Assembly (NCBI RefSeq): GCF_009914755.1
Contig: NC_060934.1
Direction: 5' to 3' (one strand)
Origin: the human T2T-CHM13v2.0 reference genome, Homo sapiens
Length of the DNA stretch: 64,000 nt
In this document: in pieces, positions 1 to 11,391 of the stretch
How positions within the stretch are numbered: the stretch's first letter is position 1
How the letters are laid out: each line of letters starts with the position of its first letter
The notes under the pieces: model-generated
The model's database searches: none
Seen by the model: only the letters and a program-made list of their open reading frames with translations
What the model was told of the DNA's origin: nothing
Made by a program: the position numbers and the translations under genes

Positions 1-110
1 CTTCCTTGTCTGTCCAGGAGGTTGCTGATGTTCCATCCACCCCACACACACTGTTCTGACCCCAGCTGGGCCTCAGCAGCCCCAATGCCAGCCCCCACCC
101 TTCCTTTCAG

Positions 111-267
111 CTCTCTCCGGTCTCAGCCTCAATACCCTGACCATCTTCTCTTTCTGCAAGACCCCGGAGCTGCGGACTCCCTGCCACCTACTGGTGCTGA
201 GCTTGGCTCTTGCGGACAGTGGGATCAGCCTGAATGCCCTCGTTGCAGCCACATCCAGCCTTCTCCG
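111..267 (+). CDS. RGR: RGR exon 2 (157 bp)
   Basis: Acceptor ttcctttcag|CT, donor CCG|gtacca. Translates (A)LSGLSLNTLTIFSFCKTPELRTPCHLLVLSLALADSGISLNALVAATSSLL(R), matching RGR opsin TM1-TM2. Confidence 0.97.
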
Positions 268-697
268 GTACCAGCCCCCTCCCCAGTCCACAGGCTCTGG
301 GGTCCTGCCTGGGGCCTGACCCCTGGGCCCTGGGCAGCCAGGCCAAGGGCATTTTTACTACTTACAGAAAATTGGCCAAGGGCAGAGGGTGGGCAGGCTA
401 AAATGGGCTGAATTCCAGATTGATTCTGAAGAACGACAGCTGATTTCTGGAAGACAGGGGTTGCTGAAACCTGATGAAAGAGATGGTAGGCTGTAGAGAT
501 CAATGGTGTGGGTTCTGTAACCAAGCAACCTAGGTTTGCATTCTGGCTTCAGCATTTCTAGTTCTGGGCTTCTTCCATAAATCGGATATTATTTCCTAAC
601 TCATATAGGTGGTTGGAAGTATTTACTTCTATTATGTGTAAATAACTTAAAATAATGCTTGATACCTAGGACTCTACGTAAGTGTTTGTGAACACAA

Positions 698-811
698 ATG
701 GGGGCGTTATCACCACTACTGCACCCGTATGTATCTGGGCTCCTGGAGTGGAGGGACACCGATGCAGTGTGGAGAGGATAAGAGGCAGGGAGGGGCAGTC
801 ATAACTAGCTA
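698..811 (+). repeat. Exact 114-bp direct copy of 1535-1648 (RGR exon 3 3' end, donor and start of intron 3)
   Basis: Base-for-base identity from atgggggcgttatcacc to cataactagcta at a constant offset of 837. Confidence 0.95.
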
Positions 812-1441
812 GTGTCTAATACCTCCTTATACAAAAACCAGGGTCTTCCATCACAGCTTCAGAAGGTGTTTATAAAATTGTTTTCTGAAGCAGACTGGAC
901 ATTCTCATTCTGGTTTTGGACACTACAGACGGAGGCTGGAGCCCCCCCGGATGTGCATGCTCAGTGCTGACCAGCCTGGGGGGTCTGCATCAGTGAGAAC
1001 TCTTCCTCCCACAGAGAATTGAAGTTTCCACCTTTGCTTGCCCTTTTAGGCTGGGGAGGCCTGGGATCTCCCCTCTGACTTTGCCTTCATCTTCTGTGTG
1101 ACCTTGGCTTCAGTATCTTTGCCTCTTTGAATGTCAGTTTCCCCACCTATCAAATACAGGCATGAGCTCTCCTGTGACAGAGGGATCTGATCACGCAGAG
1201 AGAGCCTATGGCCCAACCATGGTGCAGTCAAAGTCACCCAGCCTGGAGAGTGTGCATTGGGCTCCACCCCTTCAGCCCAGTTACTTGAGCTCCAACGCCT
1301 CATAGGAAAGACACCAATATTAAGGCCCTCTTCAGAGAAGAAGGGCAGCATTCAGGAACACACACTCCAAGCTGTACTTGGCAGGTGTGGGAGGTGGAAA
1401 GGATCGGAGGAGAGGTCACTGGTGCCCAGTGTCTCCCACAG

Positions 1442-1563
1442 GCGCTGGCCCTACGGCTCGGACGGCTGCCAGGCTCACGGCTTCCAGGGCTTTGTGACAG
1501 CGTTGGCCAGCATCTGCAGCAGTGCAGCCATCGCATGGGGGCGTTATCACCACTACTGCACCC
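1442..1563 (+). CDS. RGR: RGR exon 3 (122 bp; alternative acceptor at 1430 adds 12 nt, VSHR)
   Basis: Acceptor ctcccacag|G, donor CCC|gtatgt. Translates RWPYGSDGCQAHGFQGFVTALASICSSAAIAWGRYHHYCT (TM3, with GRY in place of the (D/E)RY motif). Confidence 0.97.
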
Positions 1564-1840
1564 GTATGTATCTGGGCTCCTGGAGTGGAGGGACACCGAT
1601 GCAGTGTGGAGAGGATAAGAGGCAGGGAGGGGCAGTCATAACTAGCTACTGCTCCGTGTTTCCCAGTACAGGGAAGTGTGGGTAGGTGTGAGTGTGCATG
1701 CATAGGCACTCATTTCAGGAAAGGAGGGAGGGTGGGAGAGTGTGCAGGAGAGCTGTTGGGCCTCTCTTGCCATTACCGCAACCTTGGGCAAGTCAGGGAT
1801 CCTCTCTGAACCTTAGTCTCCTCCTCTGCGAAATGATTTT

Positions 1841-2130
1841 CTTTTTCTTTTTGAGACGGAATCGCTCTATTGCCCAGGCTGGAGTGCAGTGGTGTGACCT
1901 CGGCTCACTGCAACCTCGGCCTTCTGGTTTCAAGTGATTCTTTTGCCTCAGCCTCCTGAGTAGCTGGGACTACAGGCATGTGCCACCACACCTGGCTAAT
2001 TTTTGTATTTTTAGTAGAGATGGGGTTTCACCATATTGGCTAGGCTGGTCTTGAACTCCTGACCTCGTGATCTACCCACCTCAGCCTCCCAAAGTGCTGG
2101 GATTACAGGCGTGAGCCACCGTACCCGGCT
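1841..2130 (-). mobile_element. Alu (AluS-type)
   Basis: Antisense Alu with T-tail; TSD-like gaaatgatttt / gagatgatttt. Confidence 0.9.
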
Positions 2131-3034
2131 GAGATGATTTTAATAACCAATCTCAGTTTTATTTTGAAAATGAAATGAGATCAGGGATACAGAAAATGCC
2201 CTTGCAGACAGGCACTACTCTGCAGACAGGCGCAGAGAGGCTGTGTGTATGTGTGTGTAGCTGGGCATGTGCCCTGGCACCCCACACTTCCATGAGGCTT
2301 CATGAAAACTGTCCAGCTCTAGATTTCACAAGCTGCACTGTCAAATACCATCTTCATAATTGGCCATATCAGTGTACAAACTGCTCCATTTTTCCTTAAT
2401 TTTTTTTTTCTTAAAAGTGACTCATTTTTTAAAATGTAAACACCTGCTACAAGCTCATTCTAAACAACATCTGGGAAATCACAGGTTTAATGTTCTTATA
2501 ATTTTAATACAATTAAAATAAAAACCTGTTCACCAGAGACCATCTAGAACCCTGTTTACCACCAGGGGTACATAAACATGTTTTGGGGAGCTGTGGCTCA
2601 GCTAACCCTCCTAGCAAACCTTCAGCTCACAGCCTCGGAAGCAGAGGCACAGAGAAGTTAAGCAGCTTGCCTCGCTACTAAGGGCAGAGCCAGCACTGGG
2701 CATGACCTGGTACCTCCAAGTCCTGAGCTATGAATTTGTCCAGCACAGAGGCTGCTGTGAGGTCTATAGCCAGCACAGCCTCAAACCATGGCATGTCCTC
2801 TTTGGAATCCACAGAACTTCCCTTGCCATAGTCACATGTATAGCCCCCTTCCCTGAAAATTCACTGCCCCTCATGGGTCTCTCCTGTCATATGCCTCTCT
2901 CCAGGCCAAAATGCTGCCATCGGTCTCATCATTTTGAGTGGCGATAGGTTAGCCCTCTTGTCCACTTGGCCTCAGAGCACTTCTCCCACTCCTTACATCC
3001 CAGCCCCTGCCCCTAATGCTCCCTTGGACCATCT

Positions 3035-3036
<2 letters not shown>

Positions 3037-3076
<40 letters not shown>
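3037..3076. repeat. (CA)n microsatellite in RGR intron 3
   Basis: About 20 CA units. Confidence 0.95.
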
Positions 3077-3277
3077 ACCTTCTCAGATAGCAACAGGCTT
3101 CTCTGCCTCAATATAGAACAGTTAATCCCTGTGCCAGAGGCCTTAGATCAAAGCCCTTTCTATACTGAGAGCATGGCAGAGCAGTGTGAAGGCAGGCAAA
3201 GGGGAATGAGGAGGTCTGAATTCATCTACTCCATCCCTGGGTGGTTGTAGGCATGTCACCTTGGCCATCTGTTTCTA

Positions 3278-3797
<520 letters not shown>

Positions 3798-3857
3798 CTA
3801 TATTGAGTCTTCCTGTCCTTGCACGTAATTATCGTGCCCACAGTTGGGATGGGAGGT

Positions 3858-4380
3858 GTCTTAGTCTGCCCAGGCTCCTATAATAGAATGCCATCGACTC
3901 GGTGGCTTGAACAATAGAAATTTATTTCTCAGTTATTCAGGCTGGGAAGTCCAAATGCGAGGTGTCAGCATGGTCAGGTTCGGTGAGGGCTTGATTCTTG
4001 GTTTATAGATGTTCACCTTCTTGCCATGTCCTCACATTAAAAGAGAGAGATTGTCACTCTTGTGTTCCTTCTTTCATTTTTTTGAAACAGAGTCTCACTC
4101 TATTGCCCAGGCTAGAATGTAGTGGCACCATCTCAGTACACTGCAACCTCCGCCTTCTGGGTTCAAGCAATTCTCCACCTCAGTCTCCTGACTAGCTGGG
4201 ACTACTGGCGCATGCAGCATGTCCAGCTAATTGTGTCCCTTCTTATAAGGGCACTAATCACATCATGGGGGCTCCACCCTTATGGCCTAGTTATCTCCCA
4301 AAGGCCCCACCTCCAAATGCCATCACATTGGGGATTAGGGCTTCAACATATAAATTTGAGGGGACACAAACATTCAGTTC
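3858..4380 (-). mobile_element. MaLR (MLT1-like) LTR interrupted by an Alu right-arm fragment (~4075-4232)
   Basis: tgtcttagtc...tttatttctcag...aggccccacctccaaat...ggggacacaaacattcag are antisense MLT1 hallmarks. Confidence 0.75.
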
Positions 4381-5377
4381 ATATCAGAAGGTCACATCCA
4401 AGCAAACTCCATCTGGAGCCGTATCAGTAGAAGCAAACTGTCAGATGAGGGAGGTTGTAGACATGCTCTTCTCTCCCGATCAAAACCCATCTGGAGAACT
4501 GTCCTCTGCCCTGGTATCTTATATACAAAGGAGTATGACAAAAAAACAGTAGACAGAGGAGGGCACCTGGGAAGTGCATCCTGAAGCCAGATCCAGGAGG
4601 AACCACTGAATGGGAAGGACCCAATGACACTGCAGCAGAGAGGGGGGCTTCAGGGAAGGGACTAGAGGAGGTCAAATCCGCATGGCTGGTTCACATCAAA
4701 AGATGCTGCTGGGACCCAGCCTCTGCCATTGGCACTGAGATTGAGCCCCAACCCCCGAGTCAAGCATTCTCAGAGGGTGTCCTGGAAGCAGGGGCAGTGG
4801 CCTGATTCTGAGCAAGTGCTGAGGATGGTGGTAAGTCCAGACTTCTGCCTCCATCCCCTATGACCCTCACCTGAACCCCTGCCTATGCTTCTTCCTGAAC
4901 TTTGTCTCTGAAAACGTATCTGTCTCTTTGCCACTCCCTCGTCTCTGTCCTCTGAAGAAGATGGTATAGTGTGTCTATTTGGAGACCTTCACCATCCATT
5001 ATCTATTTCATTCTTCATAACAATCCTCTGAGGCAAGGATTATCATTCCCATTGTGGGCGAGAATACTGGGGCTCAAAGAAGCTCTTCACTTGCCTGAGG
5101 CTCTGAGTTATTAAGCATCAGAGCTGGGGTTCTCATTTTGGTGAGTTGCTTAGTTAACCCCTCTCTCAGCCTCAATTTTTTAGACCGTAACACAGGGATA
5201 AGAAAACCTCCTTCTGGCAGGATGTAGTGGCTCAATCCTGTAATCCCAGCACTTTGGGAGACTGAGGCTGGTGGATCACTTGAAGGGACACTCTTCGAGA
5301 TCAGGAAGTCCATTCTTTCTCACTCTATCAGGCCATCTCCTCCTCACAACCTCCTCTTCTTCCTCTGTCCTGTGCAG

Positions 5378-5531
5378 GTAGCCAGCTGGCCTGGAACTCA
5401 GCCGTCTCTCTGGTGCTCTTCGTGTGGCTGTCTTCTGCCTTCTGGGCAGCTCTGCCCCTTCTGGGTTGGGGTCACTATGACTATGAGCCACTGGGGACAT
5501 GCTGCACCCTGGACTACTCCAAGGGGGACAG
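5378..5531 (+). CDS. RGR: RGR exon 4 (154 bp)
   Basis: Long pyrimidine tract, tgtgcag|GT, donor CAG|gtgagg. Translates SQLAWNSAVSLVLFVWLSSAFWAALPLLGWGHYDYEPLGTCCTLDYSKGD (opsin ECL2 motif). Confidence 0.97.
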
Positions 5532-6846
5532 GTGAGGTGGGAGGAGCAGCTTCGAGGCTCCTATCCATGGGAATCTTGGCTTTGAACTCCTATGACAAGG
5601 GTGCCCCAGCTGAAAATCCAAATGGGGAAATGTCAACGTTTGCCAGACAATCTCAACTTCTTAATCATGATACCCACCTGCAGGTGGACAGTGGGACTGG
5701 AAAAAGCCTGTTCTGAAAACTGGCCAGGTGATGGGAATGCTGTGAAAATTGGGACCCAGAGTTGAACCCAAAAAGAGACATCATACAGGGAGCCATTGGC
5801 TTGTGTCAGTGGTAACAGTCACCAAGCCGCACCACCTCTTAGCCATCTTCAGCACAGTCGACCATCATGGCTCTGACCTCATCAATTTCTAGAGGGAGCC
5901 ACGCCCTTGGTACAATAGATTCAAAGAACATTAAGGTCCTTGCATTGGGAGGGAATGCCCTGAGCATACGCTATGAGGCAATCCCTGGAGAAATAGGACA
6001 GAATGCATGAGGGTCCCCACCCTCATGGGGCTCGTGTTCTGGTACTGCCCCATCAGGAGGCTCTAGGGAGACAAGGGCTTAGGGGGATCCTTTAGGAACT
6101 GCCTTGAGGAATGGTCACATGGGCTCCAGCCCCTCTTGCTTCCACCAGAGCCAAGTTGCATTCATCTGCTTTACCCATGGTGTTTAATCATGAGGCATCT
6201 GCACTGGATGACAGGCTTTCCAGGTGATGCATTCTTGAGAACGCTGGGCCTGGTCCAAGTGTCCCTCCATGGCACTCCCCAGCCAGGGTCCAGTCCTTCC
6301 AGCTGCCCCTCCCTGGTGGACGGCTCCAAGGTGACATAGTCTTCCCTTCAGAAAATGGGAATCTGTCTCCCTGGGACTCCCACTATTCCCTTCACCTCCC
6401 CATGACCACTACCTGGGAACCCAAGCTCTTCTGTGGTGCCTTCAACCATTTCTTCAGTGACACAGTATCCAGTCTTCTTGTTATCCCGTCTCCTTTTAAA
6501 ACCTTTGGGCCTAGAATGCTCCTTGAATGTTCCTTTCTCTTGGCCCACTGACATCCCCACCATTGGGTGAACATGTTTCCCAAACTAAAATTTCCCATTC
6601 TTCATGCTTGGGGGACAAACAGGAAAGCAGGGCTGAGCACTTGAACAAGAAAGAGGCCTCTTCCTCCTTGTAGCTCCCTGGCTCCTAAAGGGAGTTCACC
6701 TGGGACCCGGGAGCAACCACACTGCGAGCTTGTCTGAATGGGGCATTTCCCCACAACCGATCATCTAGGGCAGAGCTGGTGGGTCCTTGAGGGCAGCTGG
6801 CCATCCCTGAGAGCTAACCCCAATCCTCCACCCGCTCTCCCTGTAG

Positions 6847-6964
6847 AAACTTCACCAGCTTCCTCTTCACCATGTCCTTCTTCAACTTCGCCATGCCCCT
6901 CTTCATCACGATCACTTCCTACAGTCTCATGGAGCAGAAACTGGGGAAGAGTGGCCATCTCCAG
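6847..6964 (+). CDS. RGR: RGR exon 5 (118 bp)
   Basis: Acceptor ccctgtag|A, donor CAG|gtaagg. Translates NFTSFLFTMSFFNFAMPLFITITSYSLMEQKLGKSGHLQ (TM5). Confidence 0.97.
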
Positions 6965-6984
6965 GTAAGGACCCCCTTCTGGAG

Positions 6985-7626
6985 TGTTATCTGATGGTGC
7001 AGCGCAGCTCCAGGCTCTTGGTGTCCCGAACAAAGAATTGGATGTGACACACACAAACAGCAAAACAAATATTCATTGCTTTTGCAGCAAAAGCTTATTC
7101 AGCACAGTATTACACTCTCAGAGAGGGGAGGGTGGACCAATCTCTGCGAAGTGAGATCAGCACCAGTTTGGTGTATTTTGGGTTCTTTTATATGTTTATT
7201 TTTCTTCTCTTCCCAAGGCTGCCTAATCTCTAGCCAGCATCTGCCTTTTGATTGATAGGTGGGTTGCTTATGTTACTTTGGCCCTTGTGTGCTTGCCTGT
7301 CACCTCCATCCCATAATCTTAAGTACATGCATGATATGCAGTCCATATGCATCAGCTTTAATAAGCTTATTATCATACGGGGTCATTTTAAGGATACTTT
7401 TTCTCTCTAATGCACATGCGCATCTCTGAGGAGCTGCCCCTGACAGGTTTGGTCCAGACCTAGCTGGCCACAGGAGCTTCTTACTCACTTTTTAATCTTA
7501 TTTGTGTTTTGGTTGCTCAACTTCTGTTTCTTGTCTTGCTTCTTGCTCACTGCCTCTTCACCTTGCTTCTGCTTCTACTCATTCCGCCCTTTAACCTCCA
7601 ATTCCCTCTGCTATTCTCCTGCCTCA
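6985..7626 (-). mobile_element. Solo LTR, ERV1 (MER4-group-like), in RGR intron 5
   Basis: TG...CA termini (tgttatc ... tcctgcctca). The reverse strand starts TGAGGCAGGAGAATAG. Near-TSD ggag/agag. Confidence 0.7.
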
Positions 7627-8221
7627 AGAGCAGCAGTAATTTCTCGTTTCCTCTCAGGGACACCAGGGAATATGAACAATGTGACAGACAGCAACCAGGG
7701 GTTTTCTGCGTTTTCAGTGATCAAGAGAAAATCCAGCTTGTGCACAGCATAGGATGTTAGAACTGGAAACCACCCTCCCTTTGCTCAGATCGCCAAGGCC
7801 TGGGGAGCAAGGATCAGGACTGCTCAGATTCACCCAGACCCCGTAACTCTGGGGACCAGGGCTCCCTACTGGACACATCTGTGCTGTTCCACTTAACTCT
7901 TGCCAAGGACGTGAGGTTTGGCACAAAGTTACAGGCTTTTTAAATGCTACTTTTAAACCACTTTGAGATGTTTAATTTAATCACAGTCACAGGGTGGTGC
8001 CCAAAAGATAAAAATCAACCTATAAGCACATTTGTCCAAGAAATACAATACTTCAAAATAAGCCCTCCTGGCCATTTTTTAGTTTCTGAATTACTATTCC
8101 CTTGCCACGGTTTTATTTTAACTTGGTCACCTGGATGACCTCTAGCAAAGGAGTCGTAACAAGCAACAAAGATTAGAACAAATTCAGATCTTAATATTAT
8201 TTCTTTGCAACCACTCTATGA

Positions 8222-8868
<647 letters not shown>

Positions 8869-9968
8869 AGAAGGAGGTTTTCTTATCCCTGTGTCGCGGA
8901 CTAAAAAATTGAGGCTGAGATGGGGATTAACTAAGCAACTCACCAAAAACCACACACCTGGATTCAAACCTAGGTCTGGGACTCCACCACCCATGTGGTC
9001 AATCACAGTGCATGAAAGAAACTCTTTTTTTTAAGTCACTTCATCTGCCACTTTATTTATTTATTGTAAATTGGAAAAGGACTGTGCAAATCTATTTTAG
9101 CTGGAGCCCCGATGCTCCCCCGAGGTCAGAAGGAGAGAAAGGGCTTTCCTGGGACCAGAATCCAGTCCCCTGGCTCCCAGCTGGCTGCTGGCATAGGTGC
9201 CGCTTCTAGGCTGTCCTCCGCGATGCCGGTCCCAAGCCCTGTCTGGAGGCGCAAAGTTCACATTTACTGGAGGCTCAGGCAGCCGGGAGACAAGGCTGCC
9301 ACCATGATCTCCTCATTTTTCTGCGTTGACTTTAAACCATTGTCTCTGGTGGGCATCGCCAAGGTCACACGCAGGGGTCCAGGGACCTCATCCCAAGCTG
9401 AGCGGCTTCCCGAGACCGCGTAGCCTCCCCAGGGGATTCCACGTCTTAGGGCCTCGGCTCCCGGGAGGGCCCCGAGGTGCTGAGCTCCGTTGTTCGTGGG
9501 TTTTTTTTTCCCCAAATAAGGGACAGTTAAGAGGAAAAAAAAAGTCTCTTGGTCAACATATTTTAATAATCCAAGATGGAAGAAAATATGCCCTCTTCCA
9601 GCTTAATCACCCTCTTTGTTAAAGAAAGTCAGGTCAGGGAGAAAACAGGCAAGAACTTGAGCGTCAGAATTGCACGTCCGCGTGTTTGTGCGGGGCTGGA
9701 ACTTGGCAGCTCCCGCTGAAATTAAAGCGCGAGTCTTGCGCCCCCTCATGGCCCCAGGCGGCACCCCAGCATCTCCCGCTCTCTGGACAAGCCCCTCCCC
9801 CGCTGATTGTATTTCACATTGGGAGCCCAGACAGGGTGGTCTCGCCGGGTGGCTGTAGCTGTGGATGACGAGTTGGTTCTAGGACTGAGGCCTGAGGGCA
9901 GCTCAGCCTGGGGCCCCTTGAGCACGCAGTCACAGAGCCCAGGATTCCTCTTAAAGAGCACAGACGCA

Positions 9969-10085
9969 GGCCAGGCACAGTGGCTCATGCTTGTAATCCC
10001 AGCACGTTGGGAGGCCGAGGCAGGAGAATCCCTTGAACCCAGGAGTTCGAGACCAGCCTAGGAAACATAGTGAGACCCCTTCTGT
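9969..10085 (+). mobile_element. Alu left monomer (FLAM-like)
   Basis: ggccaggcacagtggctcatg...gagacccc. Confidence 0.85.
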
Positions 10086-10408
10086 ATTTGACAAACAAAG
10101 AGTACAGACCCAGGAGGAAGCGCTTATTATCCACCCAGTCTCGGCCTCCAGCCACGTTGGGTATTGTCAGGCCATTTTACAGACACAGCAGCTGAGGTCA
10201 GGCAAGTTTAAATAAAAGGCTTAAGGTCACACAGTCTTAAACAACAGAGAGGCCCATCTGGTCCCAAGTTCCCCTGCAGACTCAGCCCCCTCCTGAAGCC
10301 TGGTCCATGCTGCCCCGCCCTGCTGAGTGCTGACCTGGTTTTCTTGGCCACATAGGGCTGTGGGCCACCTGGAGCAAGCTGACATCTCCTGTGACAATTT
10401 CTCCCCAG

Positions 10409-10522
10409 GTAAACACCACTCTGCCAGCAAGGACGCTGCTGCTCGGCTGGGGCCCCTATGCCATCCTGTATCTATACGCAGTCATCGCAGACGTGACTTC
10501 CATCTCCCCCAAACTGCAGATG
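10409..10522 (+). CDS. RGR: RGR exon 6 (114 bp, frame-preserving; skipped in RGR-d isoform)
   Basis: Acceptor tttctccccag|GTA, donor ATG|gtacag. Translates VNTTLPARTLLLGWGPYAILYLYAVIADVTSISPKLQM (TM6). Confidence 0.97.
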
Positions 10523-11023
10523 GTACAGATACTTCTAGTACCTAAAACTAGACCCCTCTCCATCTTTGTTCTCTGTCTCATCTCATCTCACTTTCTGGAT
10601 TTATGACCTCTGTGTCAGTCTCTTCCTTTCTGTGTTTCTTCCTTTGGATACTCACAAGGCATAGAGCATTAGTTTGCCCCCCTAATCCCCCACCTCGTCT
10701 CTGAGTCATACCAGGCTGCTGCTTGACATTGCCCAAACCTCATGTGAGATGACAGGGACAGCCAGCCAGATGGTGTAGATAAAGACTCTGTGACCAGGGG
10801 TTGAGATTAGTCCCCAGGCTGGGAGCAGGTGGGTCTGGACAAGAGTATGGCTCCATGGACTCCGTGAGCCATGCATCTCCACCAACTAGTCAGGGAAGCC
10901 TCCAAGGCTGCAGAACTAAATGATTGGCAGTTGTAGGTGGAGGGTGACCGGGGTCACCAGGTGAGACCAGAGAGAGGATCAGTGGCTTTGAAGCTTCTTT
11001 TCTGGACTTTTCTGCCACAACAG

Positions 11024-11155
11024 GTGCCCGCCCTCATTGCCAAAATGGTGCCCACGATCAATGCCATCAACTATGCCCTGGGCAATGAGATGGTCTGCAG
11101 GGGAATCTGGCAGTGCCTCTCACCGCAGAAGAGGGAGAAGGACCGAACCAAGTGA
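11024..11155 (+). CDS. RGR: RGR exon 7 coding part, to TGA; retinal-binding Lys255 codon at 11042-11044
   Basis: Acceptor caacag|GTG. Translates VPALIAKMVPTINAINYALGNEMVCRGIWQCLSPQKREKDRTK*. Exons 2-7 total 797 coding nt, consistent with a 291-aa protein given a 79-nt coding exon 1 outside the window. Confidence 0.97.
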   Translation: MPALIAKMVPTINAINYALGNEMVCRGIWQCLSPQKREKDRTK

Positions 11156-11391
11156 GCCTGCCACCCTGGAGTGAGCCCCAGGCCAGGAGGCTGTTCCAGG
11201 AGTCCTGCCCAGCAGCCTCGGTGGCCAAGCCCAGACACTCACCCACCTTCCCCAGTGGCCCCGTGGATCCTGGTCCTAGGCTGGACACAGGATTCAGAAA
11301 GACACCAGGCTGCACAGAAAGAGCCAGATGGACCTGAGTGTCGGTCACAGCCCCCTACACTCAAGGCTGAGAGGCCTCAGGAAAGTCATTC

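Noticed and set aside
5371-5385. Exon 4 (and exon 7) also start with GT, so could be recursive sites
   Set aside because: The rebuilt donors CCC|GTAGCC and ATG|GTGCCC are poor matches. Exon 4's own donor CAG|gtgagg is strong, and exon 7 is terminal.
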